Shown: positions 29,076-38,300 of the stretch, in pieces
How the letters are laid out: every line of letters starts with the position of its first letter
Position numbering within the stretch: the stretch's first letter is position 1
DNA from: Patescibacteria group bacterium
Lineage (GTDB): Bacteria > Patescibacteriota > Microgenomatia > Levybacterales > UBA12049
Direction: 5' to 3'
Length of the DNA: 64,000 bases
Assembly: GCA_023473545.1 (NCBI GenBank)
Contig: JAMCXO010000002.1
Coordinates: forward strand, 6,340-70,339
Notes under the pieces: generated by a model
What the model was told of the DNA's origin: nothing
Database searches by the model: none
The model's input: only the letters and a program-made list of their open reading frames with translations
Made by a program: the position numbers and the translations under genes

Positions 29076-30524
29076 CTAGAGGTATTTGGGATTTAGTTGA
29101 ACGGTTGATTTGTTGAAAATCAAAAGGTCATTAACGCCTGTCTTTGAGGCTATATGCTTAGACAGCCCATCGCAAGCGGGATAAAACTTATTTTTATTTT
29201 CTTTGGTTAGTTCCTCGTCTTTAGTATCCTCTATGGTTTCTATAACTTCGTCCCAAGACCACTCTTTTTTACGGCTCTTATCGTCTTTTAGCAGTAATTC
29301 AAGCAGTTTTGCCCTGAAGCTGTTTTTGTTTAGTTTGACCTTTTTGCCTTCAACATCCAGCTCGCCTTTCTGGGCATTGTAAGTAACCCTCAATTTTACT
29401 TTGCTTTGGTCTATTTTTAATTCGTCAGTTTTAGGCTTACTCTTGTTTTCCTCATTGGATTTTTGGCGTTTTTCAAATTCAGCCTTAAGAGCTTTATAGA
29501 AATCGTCAAACTTTATAAGGTCAATTCTTATATCTATGTTGCCGTATCCCACAACATCATCATTGTCATAATTGGCTTCCAGTGCGATACCTTCTCTAAG
29601 TAAGTATTGAGCACCTTCCCAGCGGTGCTGTTGGTAGCTTTTCCTTGTGCCTATGCTATCGTAGGGAAACAGCTCTAAAAATCTACCGATATACGGATAG
29701 GGAAATGATGGAATTACTACAGTGGTGCTTCTAGTCATCTGAAGTTGCTGGTCAATATCCGAGCAAACATCAAGGATTTTGAGAAGGTTGAGCCAGTCAA
29801 GATTATTGGGCTTTGATTTTTGTTTCAGCAAGTATTGTCCATACCAGTCATCAAAACCATCGTGGCATTTAACGAGAATAAAATTGGGATTTTTTGGTTG
29901 TTGATTAAGTGGGAGTAAACGATTGGTTTCTCGCCAAACAGTCAGGATTTTTTCTTCTTCTTGGAGTTTGTTCAAAATGCCGTATATTTCCTCTCTCTGA
30001 AACCCATCAAGACCGTTATTAGCACTTTTATAAAACAATTCTGTGGTTTGCCCTTTGACCGTAGCCTTTTTAGCTTCAACCAATGCCTTGAGAATAAGGT
30101 CTAGCTTTTCTTCATAGGTAATCAAAGTATCATTAGCGAGCTTTGTCGGGCTATCTGTTGGCTTCTTCCCCGTAAACTCTTGATATTCAGGTTCTTGTTG
30201 GATTTTCCAGAAATAGTCGTCAAAAGCGGGTAAAAGTTCAATATGCCAGCAGCCGTCGTCTTGCTGATAAGGTGGGTCGTAGGGGTCAAGGTCTTCAACG
30301 ATTTCTACTCTACTTATCCCGCTTGGCACTTGTAAAACCTTCAAAATCTGCTCATCCTTTTCCAGCTTGGTAAATAACTGTTTCAGTTCAATATCTCTAT
30401 ATTTGCGGTTAAGGTCGTTTGTCGGGTCTATTATCAACGGTTGACCCGATGGGGCTAATACCCGTGCATCGTTAATCGCTTCCAGTAGAAAATAAAGTTT
30501 TTCCTTGCCGTCCATCATAATCAT
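29076..30524 (-). CDS. Hypothetical 482-aa protein; no recognisable domain.
   Basis: Long uninterrupted ORF; it is the first gene of the co-directional cargo block. Confidence 0.5.
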   Translation of the reverse strand: MIMMDGKEKLYFLLEAINDARVLAPSGQPLIIDPTNDLNRKYRDIELKQLFTKLEKDEQILKVLQVPSGISRVEIVEDLDPYDPPYQQDDGCWHIELLPAFDDYFWKIQQEPEYQEFTGKKPTDSPTKLANDTLITYEEKLDLILKALVEAKKATVKGQTTELFYKSANNGLDGFQREEIYGILNKLQEEEKILTVWRETNRLLPLNQQPKNPNFILVKCHDGFDDWYGQYLLKQKSKPNNLDWLNLLKILDVCSDIDQQLQMTRSTTVVIPSFPYPYIGRFLELFPYDSIGTRKSYQQHRWEGAQYLLREGIALEANYDNDDVVGYGNIDIRIDLIKFDDFYKALKAEFEKRQKSNEENKSKPKTDELKIDQSKVKLRVTYNAQKGELDVEGKKVKLNKNSFRAKLLELLLKDDKSRKKEWSWDEVIETIEDTKDEELTKENKNKFYPACDGLSKHIASKTGVNDLLIFNKSTVQLNPKYL

Positions 30525-30775
30525 TACTTTTTCAAGAAATTATACTGTCTCTATTTTATCATTGTTTAACACTCTAAGGAAGGATTTTTAGAGGTTAGGC
30601 AGTAGCAAGGGCGGGTTGTTTCAATCCCAAGTTTTCAAAGAGGATTTTGAGGTCGCTAAGGGTTATACTAAACTCTAGTTGTTGGTTGCAGAACAAGTCT
30701 TTTAGGGGGAGCACTAACGTACAGAAATAACCAACAAATTACACAAACGAACACAGCCTCAATCCTAACATCCAC

Positions 30776-30815
30776 TTGACAGATGTAAGGAATAATTGGT
30801 ATAATCCTTACATCT
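30776..30815 (+). promoter_or_regulatory. Strong sigma-70 promoter (TTGACA, 18-nt spacer, TATAAT) overlapped by a perfect 11-bp inverted repeat AGATGTAAGGA-N13-TCCTTACATCT. Putative operator controlling the Fic gene.
   Basis: Consensus -35 at 30776..30781 and -10 at 30800..30805. The IR arms at 30781..30791 and 30805..30815 straddle the -10 element and the predicted TSS. Confidence 0.55.
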
Positions 30816-30835
30816 AATATTAAAATGTTAGGCTT

Positions 30836-31993
30836 ATGAAAATCGGTAAGCTCATCCAACAACCCAGTGGGTATCAGGCATTTATCCCAGACAAATTCCC
30901 TCCAAAAGAGCAAATTGTTCTGAACTCCAAAACCCAGCAGCTTCACGCCAAGGCTGTGCTTATGCTGGGTAAATTAGATGGCATTACTCAATTACTTCCT
31001 GACCTGGATTTTTTCATTTTTATGTATATCCGCAAGGAAGCGGCTAAGTCAAGCGAGATTGAGGGGACTCAAGCCACCATTATTGATGTCATTAAAAGCG
31101 AGGCACAAATTGAAAGCCGTTTTCCACAAGATGTTGAAAGAATCATTCACTATATCAATGCTATGGAATATGGCTTGAATCGATTGGAAACCTTACCGTT
31201 ATCACTTCGGTTTATTAGGGAAATCCATAAGGTACTGATTGGTGGTACGATTGACGCTCCCGGTAAAACACCAGGAGAATTTAGGACCTCCCAAAATTGG
31301 ATCGGCGGAGGTTCTCCCAATACTGCTAAATTTGTACCACCAACACACGCAGAAATGAACCGATGCCTAGATGACTTTGAAAAATTTTTGCATGCTACCA
31401 ACGAGTACCCGCCACTTATTAAAGCAGCTTTAGCGCATGCCCAATTTGAAACCATCCACCCGTTCCTTGATGGTAATGGCAGAACTGGCCGGCTTTTAAC
31501 TACTTTTTATCTTTGTAAACTGGGTATCCTTGAAAGGCCAGTACTTTACCTATCTGAATACTTTTTGAATAACCAAAAGGCATATTACGGGTCGTTAAAT
31601 TCTTATCACCAAGAAGATGCTGATGTTTTCGGTTGGCTTGATTTCTTTTTAGATGGGGTGGCTATCATTGCGACAGAGGCAATTGAGGCGTCAAAAAAAA
31701 TCAATATTTTACGCCAGAAAGATACTATTAAGATTCAATCTTTGGGGCGGAGAACAAAAACAGGCATGATAGTTTTGGAAAATCTTTTTAAGCTTCCAAT
31801 TATCAGTGTCAGAAAAGTCGAAGAATGGACGGGGCTTTCTCGTCCCCAAGCCAACGATCTAGTTAAAAAGCTTATAGAGCTAGGAATTCTTGAGCAAAGA
31901 AATAAAAATATCAAGTATGACAGGGAATTTTGGTATAAAAAGTATCTTGATGTTTTCGTGAGTAAAGAAGAAATTAAAAAATCAAATGAATAA
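30836..31993 (+). CDS. Fic/DOC family protein (AMPylation-type motif) with N-terminal inhibitory motif.
   Basis: Canonical HPFLDGNGRTGR (HxFx(D/E)GNGRxxR), an upstream SxxxEG (SSEIEG), and a C-terminal winged-helix-like region. Confidence 0.85.
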   Translation: MKIGKLIQQPSGYQAFIPDKFPPKEQIVLNSKTQQLHAKAVLMLGKLDGITQLLPDLDFFIFMYIRKEAAKSSEIEGTQATIIDVIKSEAQIESRFPQDVERIIHYINAMEYGLNRLETLPLSLRFIREIHKVLIGGTIDAPGKTPGEFRTSQNWIGGGSPNTAKFVPPTHAEMNRCLDDFEKFLHATNEYPPLIKAALAHAQFETIHPFLDGNGRTGRLLTTFYLCKLGILERPVLYLSEYFLNNQKAYYGSLNSYHQEDADVFGWLDFFLDGVAIIATEAIEASKKINILRQKDTIKIQSLGRRTKTGMIVLENLFKLPIISVRKVEEWTGLSRPQANDLVKKLIELGILEQRNKNIKYDREFWYKKYLDVFVSKEEIKKSNE

Positions 31994-32157
31994 ACCTGAC
32001 TTTACCCTCGATAAAATCAAATTTGCCATTGATCAACCGACATTCAAGAAAGCAATGGCGCTATACGAAAGTGGCAAGGTTACCCAAGTCGAAGAAAGTA
32101 TTCGATTGTGTATAGGAGTTGTAAATGGCACAATGTCAGCGCATTCGATAAATTGAT
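31987..32157 (+). pseudogene. Short ORF (56 aa) that looks like an N-terminal fragment of a larger protein; probable gene remnant at the decayed end of the element.
   Basis: MNKPDFTLDKIKFAIDQPTFKKAMALYESGKVTQVEE, then a stop. Over 1 kb of AT-rich non-coding DNA with further out-of-frame fragments follows. Confidence 0.25.
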
Positions 32158-32553
32158 AATTTTATCAGTAGACCTAATGGATTAACTTTTGAAAAGATTT
32201 TTACAAAATCTTACACAAATTTTGGCTGCCACACTTCTATAAACTTCGTTAATGAAAAATTATGGGATATTTTCCTTTTTATATAGTGAGGTCTTTCAAT
32301 TAACTCCATCTTCCATTGAGTAAAATCGCCATATTTTCTCAATATACCGACTTTTTACCTGGATCAAACAAGCTGCCCAACGAAAGCAATACAATATTTC
32401 CTTTTACCAACAACAGTGGAATATCATTAAAGATGCCATTGCCCAGCAAATGAAACTTGAATTAACTGCTACCTAAGTGCGAAACTCGTGTAATTCTCCA
32501 ATTATTCCTGCCATTTTTTATTCCTTTCTATTATAGTGTGATATAATCCAGCT

Positions 32554-32805
32554 GTGTTTAAAAAAACAAAAGGATTTATCTCTAGTTTAATAACAATTAT
32601 TTTATTAGTAGCCATATTTCCTACATTATTTATTATTACTTTTATTGATTTTCCTCTTTATTTTTCTTCGTTTCCCTTAATAGTTCCTATATTAGGTTTT
32701 TTATTAGCTGCAGAAACAGGACTTTTTCTTATCGCGATTTTTCATTTAGTTAAAAATCTTAGTCTATCCTTTAAATCTCTTTCTCGGAAAACTAAAGTTG
32801 CTTGA
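32554..32805 (+). CDS. Small hydrophobic protein (83 aa, about 3 TM segments) in very AT-rich DNA.
   Basis: Preceded by a TGATATAAT extended -10 at about 32536; entirely hydrophobic. Confidence 0.3.
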   Translation: MFKKTKGFISSLITIILLVAIFPTLFIITFIDFPLYFSSFPLIVPILGFLLAAETGLFLIAIFHLVKNLSLSFKSLSRKTKVA

Positions 32806-33205
32806 GAAAAATATTTAATGTGCGATATTATTTTATTTTTTAATTATCTCTTTCTTCTATTTCTTTCTTATTTAGGGATTGAGATAATTAAGTCTTCATG
32901 GCCTACTAATAAAAGTACGGCTATGATCGCTCTCATTCCGTTATTATTGGGATTTTTCTTCTTTGTTTTCCCCACAACGCATAGTGGGATTTATAGTTCT
33001 ATGCTTTGCATTCTTCCTTAATTTTTAAAGAGCCACTAACTACTTCTTTTTTGTTATATACAGTAATACAATATCTTTTTGGGTCTGGGAAATCAAGGTA
33101 GAACTAAAAAATGTGGGTGAATCTTGTAGAGTTTTTTCATTTCCTCTTTGCTTATAATAATTATGACTGATTAATCGCAACGGAACTTTCTGTTATAATT
33201 TCATC

Positions 33206-33739
33206 GTGAATCTTATTTTTCTTTACGGAGCACCTGCGGTTGGTAAATTAACCATAGCAAAAAGTCTTGAACAAAAAACAGGATACAAACTTCTGCATAA
33301 TCACTTGCTTCAAAATCCTATCTCGGAGATTTTTTCATTTGATAATCCTTCTAACAGGCTTCTTGTAAGAGAGTTCCGTATGCGGATATTGGAAGAGGCT
33401 ATCAGGAGCAATATAAATCTTATTTTTACTTTTGGTATTGCAGGCAACAAGCCTTTTGACCATATAGATGGTATTGTTAATACTGCTAAATTACACGGAG
33501 CAAAAATATATATTGTGCAGCTTATAGCCGATAAAGAAACTCTTTTAGAAAGAGTAGAAAATCAATCAAGGAAAGACCATGGCAAAAATTTATCAAAGGA
33601 TTACTTGAAGAAATTATTTAGTGAAAATTCTGACATGTTAGATAAATATCCGAAGTTAGACCATTTAACTATTGATACTAAAAGTTTCACACCAGAACAG
33701 TCTGCAATTAAAATAATTGAATTCTATAAAATTGCCTAA
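33206..33739 (+). CDS. P-loop NTPase/kinase-like protein (AAA_33 / small-molecule-kinase-like).
   Basis: N-terminal LIFLYGAPAVGKLT glycine-rich loop; about 177 aa. Confidence 0.45.
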   Translation: MNLIFLYGAPAVGKLTIAKSLEQKTGYKLLHNHLLQNPISEIFSFDNPSNRLLVREFRMRILEEAIRSNINLIFTFGIAGNKPFDHIDGIVNTAKLHGAKIYIVQLIADKETLLERVENQSRKDHGKNLSKDYLKKLFSENSDMLDKYPKLDHLTIDTKSFTPEQSAIKIIEFYKIA

Positions 33740-33833
33740 CTGAGGAAATGTTCACAAATCGGTTTAAGGATAATATATTATCGCCTTAAATTGTTCCTGA
33801 CCGATTTATTAAAAGCTCTGATATAATCAACTT

Positions 33834-34253
33834 ATGAAGTTACCGCCTTATGTAAAATCAAAAAAATACATTGATTTTTTGCCAGTGCTAGGAAAATCAA
33901 CCGCCAATGCAATATATCCTTTTATTTTTTTGCCTGAGAAAATATTCAAAGATTTAAAAGGAGCAAATCCAAATCCGCGTAACAAAGCCCTTTTAAGACA
34001 CGAAGAAACCCATAGAAAAAGGCAAGTTCGGCAAGGAATATTCAAGTTTTGGATAAAATATTTATTGAATCCTAAGTTCCGTTTTAATGAGGAATTAATG
34101 GCTGATATAGAATATATGAAAGTTATTAAAAATAATAATCTTAAGTTTAATATAGAAAAAAGAGCGAAGCAATTATCGGGGCATTTATACCTCTGGCCAG
34201 CAAACTATAAAAAGGCTAAAAATAAACTAGAAGAAGCTTGGAATAGGAAGTAG
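33834..34253 (+). CDS. Hypothetical basic protein with an HExxH motif (HEETH).
   Basis: ORF with LRHEETHRKRQ; no family recognised. Confidence 0.35.
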   Translation: MKLPPYVKSKKYIDFLPVLGKSTANAIYPFIFLPEKIFKDLKGANPNPRNKALLRHEETHRKRQVRQGIFKFWIKYLLNPKFRFNEELMADIEYMKVIKNNNLKFNIEKRAKQLSGHLYLWPANYKKAKNKLEEAWNRK

Positions 34254-34259
34254 TTTCTT

Positions 34260-34287
34260 GTCAAAATAACCCTGTCAAAATAACCCT
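34260..34287 (+). repeat. Perfect tandem 14-bp direct repeat GTCAAAATAACCCT x2, followed by a TTGACAAA half-copy. Candidate regulatory site upstream of the GH15-like gene.
   Basis: Seen directly in the sequence. Confidence 0.6.
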
Positions 34288-34413
34288 TGACAAATGCCCT
34301 TTGCCCTTTTTAAACTTGATACTATTAACCAAAAAATAAATCATGCGCGCGGATAGACTTTTTAAAATAGCGCCGGCTCCTGTCGGCGAGATTTATTTTA
34401 AAAACCTTACCTG

Positions 34414-35715
34414 TTGGTTATGGCAATTATAGAAAGACAAGGATATCTTTATCTGCCCACAGCCGCTTTACCGGAGATAGGATTTCCCAACGAACCTCTT
34501 AGCGCGCAAAGAGAAACCGACCTTCTCGAAAGCAGCGAGAAAGAATTACTTATCATTTTAGATGAACAGGATCCGGGCGGCTTGTTTCCTGCATCAACAA
34601 GATTATCCCGAGATATATTTAACCATTACGATTGCCATTGGCCAAGAGATGGATTCATAACTGCCAAAGCATTGGTAGATTCCCGCGTTCTTAACCGCTA
34701 TCCTCAAAATAGTAAAATGGGGAGAAGAATCCGTTCAAGCTCAAATCTTTATTTCGGAAAAACCCTGGAAATGCTTAATGAAGAAGCCGACAATGGCAAA
34801 TTTATGCCAGGAATAGAAAAAGGGAAAGAAATTAATACGGCAGACCCTCAAAAACTGCCTAGGATCCACACCAAAATTGACGGCTCTTTTTGCGAATGGT
34901 ATGCCAATAATCAGCCTGATTCATTTGGCCACTGCTTAACAGCCATTGGGCAGGCAATTCAGAACCGGGTCTTTATTCCAAACGAAAGGGGAATACAAAT
35001 CATCGAAAAAATAGCAGGATACCTTGTGCATATAGAACCTTGGAAATTCAAAGCCAGCAGTATGTGGGAGGATCAACAGGTGTTTCCTCCGCCTCTATCA
35101 ACTGTTGCCTTCGTAAGACAAGGTCTTTTAACCATAATGCCATTTATGCCAAAACGGGAACTTCAGGAAAGAATTGAGGAAACTGCCTTCCATTGCAGAG
35201 AATATCTGATAAAAAATTACCCTCGCGAAAAAACAACGCCAAATCATCCGGGAGAATTTGATCTGGCAACCGGCATCGCGCTGGGAGAAGGGGCTTTTAG
35301 CGATATTAAGGATATTGATCCCCGAGAATGGCTCGAGGCGGCAAAAAGCCTAGGCAGAGAAGACTGCCCCGGCAAGATACGATTTTGGGGAGACCCATAT
35401 CATAATCCTTATAGCCATTCGACAGAGGGTGTTCTCACAGAAGCACCGTGGCCGATGGGTCTTCTTTACGAAGCAAAGATATATTTAGATCTATATAAAC
35501 AAACATACGTAGAGAAATATAGGAACCTCGCTTTTGACAAACTGCAGAAGGCAATGGATATAGGAACACAATACGGTTTTAGACCTGAACTCCTCGAACA
35601 GTTTAGGCCTCATGAATTTAAACTTCCGGAAAAACCAAATCAACTCTTGTGGGATATGGCTGTCTACATAAGGGTGTGTCATGAAGCCGCCGAAGTTTTG
35701 CAACCGGCGGCCTAA
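34414..35715 (+). CDS. Glycoside hydrolase family 15-like (glucoamylase / phosphorylase-kinase-regulatory-like) protein.
   Basis: Weak resemblance to the (alpha/alpha)6 GH15 core (HWPRDG, SFGHCLTAIGQA); low-confidence family assignment. Confidence 0.35.
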   Translation: MVMAIIERQGYLYLPTAALPEIGFPNEPLSAQRETDLLESSEKELLIILDEQDPGGLFPASTRLSRDIFNHYDCHWPRDGFITAKALVDSRVLNRYPQNSKMGRRIRSSSNLYFGKTLEMLNEEADNGKFMPGIEKGKEINTADPQKLPRIHTKIDGSFCEWYANNQPDSFGHCLTAIGQAIQNRVFIPNERGIQIIEKIAGYLVHIEPWKFKASSMWEDQQVFPPPLSTVAFVRQGLLTIMPFMPKRELQERIEETAFHCREYLIKNYPREKTTPNHPGEFDLATGIALGEGAFSDIKDIDPREWLEAAKSLGREDCPGKIRFWGDPYHNPYSHSTEGVLTEAPWPMGLLYEAKIYLDLYKQTYVEKYRNLAFDKLQKAMDIGTQYGFRPELLEQFRPHEFKLPEKPNQLLWDMAVYIRVCHEAAEVLQPAA

Positions 35716-35785
35716 GCTCTTTATCCCTATTGGAATCTGGCAGATCTCAATGACAAAGGTTTTTGGAAATTCGCGGAGAATCTAC

Positions 35786-36802
35786 TTATTGATTACCAAT
35801 GTCTGCGGAACTACCCCTATAAACCTTAGGCGTAAACCAGTCGGGCGGAGGGTTTGTTGTATTTTTTCTGTCAAAAGAATCCTTAACGGCTCTTACGGCC
35901 TGCTTCTTGGGCTCTGTGCCGGGAAATTCTCCGGGGAGCTGATCCTGGCCGGATCTGTCTTGACTTTGGCCAAACTGAACCTGGTTTTGGCTAAGTCTAA
36001 CTTGATTTTGGACGGAAGGAGCAAGATTTTGTCTAAATTGAGGAAGCATGGCCTCCTCTTTTGCGTAAACTCTCTGCCTTACTGCTCCTTTGCGTATTAA
36101 AACCCCGGCCATCTCAAAGGCATCGCTACTTGTTGCCTGTTTCTGAAAATTATCTGTCGCGAAGGAGATACCCGAGAGTAAATTCTGGGCCGTATCTTGA
36201 TCCAGATCCAAATTTAAATCCAAAATAAGCCTTGCGACCTGTTCGGAAACGGATGAGAACTGGGGTGAAACAAAGGTTATTTCCCCAAAACCCTGATTAT
36301 CCGCTTTATTATCTATATTTATCAACGTTATATCCTTGAACTCTTCCGGATTAAAAAGGCTGCCAAGATCCGAAAGTCTGGAAGTGCCAACAACAAATAT
36401 GAGCCTTGGATAGCTTCCCGATCGGGTATATTTTATACCATCCCTATTAAAAGAAAACCCCAGCTCTCCTCCTTTAACTACAATATTTAAATAACCATTA
36501 TCTATGGTGTAGGAAACCTTGTCTATCTCGCCTTCTTTATACGGGAAAGAAACAATAAGATCTCCTCCGTCTTTGCCTTCCAGGCTGGTCTTTAACTTAT
36601 CTATTCCAACCAAAGAGGAAACCTGAACAATTGCCTCTTTCGGCGAAGCAATACTAACCTTTTTGCCGTAAGATCGAAGCGCGAGATACAAAGACAAGCC
36701 GGCGCCGAGAGAATCCAGATCGTAACCCGCGCCAACTAAAATACCAATCTCTTCGTTTTTTTCTATTTCTTCCCTTATTCTCTGAAAAATCATTCCGTCC
36801 AT
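35786..36802 (-). CDS. DHH-family phosphoesterase-like protein (NrnA-like position downstream of infB) with a low-complexity Q/N-rich C-terminal tail.
   Basis: NrnA-like N-terminal architecture with degenerate motifs; the tail (VQNQVRLSQNQVQFGQSQDRSGQDQ) is encoded by degenerate tandem DNA repeats at about 35930..36040. Confidence 0.45.
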   Translation of the reverse strand: MDGMIFQRIREEIEKNEEIGILVGAGYDLDSLGAGLSLYLALRSYGKKVSIASPKEAIVQVSSLVGIDKLKTSLEGKDGGDLIVSFPYKEGEIDKVSYTIDNGYLNIVVKGGELGFSFNRDGIKYTRSGSYPRLIFVVGTSRLSDLGSLFNPEEFKDITLINIDNKADNQGFGEITFVSPQFSSVSEQVARLILDLNLDLDQDTAQNLLSGISFATDNFQKQATSSDAFEMAGVLIRKGAVRQRVYAKEEAMLPQFRQNLAPSVQNQVRLSQNQVQFGQSQDRSGQDQLPGEFPGTEPKKQAVRAVKDSFDRKNTTNPPPDWFTPKVYRGSSADIGNQ

Positions 36803-36808
36803 AAATTT

Positions 36809-38257
36809 CTATGCATGGGATATTAGCACATCACCTAGACTAAAGTCAAGAAAGGGCGACAGAAGTACCCCGCATTCTCCTCCTTTTTCCACCTTGGATA
36901 CGATTTCTTTACCTTTTCTCACAGAAACCACATTGCTCTCTCCAATAATCTCTTCGCCTCTTACAAGTCTTACCTTATCTCCTTTTGCAATCCGTCCATC
37001 TCCAACCGAAATACCAAGCACGAAACTCTTGTCAAACGGAAATTTTGCCAGAACCTTAGAGACCCCCAAGATCCTTTCCTCCTCCTGCAGCTTCTTTCCC
37101 TCAACAACGTCTTTTAACTCGTCTACTAATTCATAGATAACCGTATAATTTCTAATAAGCACCTTTTCCTCAAGGGCAAATTTTCCAACTGCTTTTCTTA
37201 ATCCGGCATTAAACCCGATAATAATCGCCCCCTGCCCTTTTGCCATCATTACGTCTTTCTCCGATATTTCACCTGTTTTCTCCTTAAGAATAAAAATCGA
37301 GGAAGGCAGTAGGGCGGTAATCGTCTCCAGGGAACCGATCGTATCTGCCGAGAGAATAATTTTTACCACTGCCTCCTCGGTTGATGCCGTAACCCTGGAT
37401 TGATTTGTCTGCGGCTTATCCCCTAAAGATTCCGGGGTCTGCCCTTTTTTATAAACCAGGCTGCCGACTTTGATGACATCCTCAAACCCCAACACCTCGG
37501 CCGCCTCGCCTTGCCCAATTGTTTGTAAAAAAACGCCCCTTTCGTTTATTAATGCCTTAACCCTGCCTTTAACCCCTTCGGCAATAATCTCATCTCTTAA
37601 AGATAATGTGCCTTTCTTTACGATAACCGTAGCCGCGGGGCCTTTTTTGGAATCAAGATAAGACTCTATGGCAACGCCTTGAAAATTTTCATCCGAAGCC
37701 AAGGAGTATTCTTTATGCATGTCAAAAACAAGAAGTATCAGATCCAAAAGCTCCTTTATATGAAAATCTGTTTTGGCCGAAACCTCTATTGTCGGAATAT
37801 TCCCTCCTAGTCCCTCAAGCACCACCCCGCTTTTGCTAAGCTGTTCTCTAACCATTCGAATATTTTTATTAGGCAGATCTATCTTTGTCAGAACAACAAT
37901 AAACGGTATTTTATAATCAAGCAAAAGCTTGATGCTTTCTTTGGTTTGAGGCATTACTCCATCTGCCGCGGAAACAACCAGTAAGGCTAGGTCGCAGACG
38001 TTCGCGCCTCTTGAACGCATAGCGGAGAATGCTTCATGCCCGGGTGTGTCTATAAAGGTAATTTTTCTTTTAACGCCTTCGGAAACTATCTCGATGCCCG
38101 AGGCGCCTATTTTCTGGGTTATACCGGATACCTCCTTCTTAGCTATATCGGTGTTCCTTATCGCATCAAGAAGGGTTGTTTTGCCGTGATCCACATGCCC
38201 CAAAACCGTAACTACAGGGGGAAAAAACGCAAGGTGTTTTTTATCCGAATTAATCAT
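36809..38257 (-). CDS. infB: Translation initiation factor IF-2, short form (G domain to C-terminus; no long N-terminal region).
   Basis: G1 motif [20 protein letters not shown], and IF2 C-terminal beta-barrels. Confidence 0.9.
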   Translation of the reverse strand: MINSDKKHLAFFPPVVTVLGHVDHGKTTLLDAIRNTDIAKKEVSGITQKIGASGIEIVSEGVKRKITFIDTPGHEAFSAMRSRGANVCDLALLVVSAADGVMPQTKESIKLLLDYKIPFIVVLTKIDLPNKNIRMVREQLSKSGVVLEGLGGNIPTIEVSAKTDFHIKELLDLILLVFDMHKEYSLASDENFQGVAIESYLDSKKGPAATVIVKKGTLSLRDEIIAEGVKGRVKALINERGVFLQTIGQGEAAEVLGFEDVIKVGSLVYKKGQTPESLGDKPQTNQSRVTASTEEAVVKIILSADTIGSLETITALLPSSIFILKEKTGEISEKDVMMAKGQGAIIIGFNAGLRKAVGKFALEEKVLIRNYTVIYELVDELKDVVEGKKLQEEERILGVSKVLAKFPFDKSFVLGISVGDGRIAKGDKVRLVRGEEIIGESNVVSVRKGKEIVSKVEKGGECGVLLSPFLDFSLGDVLISHA

Positions 38258-38300
38258 AATAGACCTTAGGGGAAGGGGAAACTTTTAAAAAATATTTTAT

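Larger units (their letters stand above)
22576..32160. mobile_element. Putative integrated element (genomic island or satellite-like) in tRNA-Asn. Cargo: serine integrase, BcgI-like RM system, excisionase-like HTH, unknown 390-aa protein, SpoVG-like protein, 482-aa unknown, Fic protein, then decayed remnants.
   Basis: A serine integrase overlaps the tRNA 3' end; about 8 kb of overlapping co-directional - strand genes with mobile-element content follow. The right boundary is approximate. Confidence 0.5.

Noticed and set aside
30668-30946. 92-aa - strand ORF across the Fic promoter and start.
   Set aside because: It overlaps a strong promoter/operator and the Fic N-terminus on the opposite strand, and has no features.
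34340-34375. Possible attR (a copy of the tRNA-Asn 3' end) marking the island end.
   Set aside because: Only a 6-8 nt partial match (GCGCCGGCTCC vs CCGCCGGAGCC). Serine integrases need only a 2-bp crossover, so no long direct repeat is expected, and the match is not informative.
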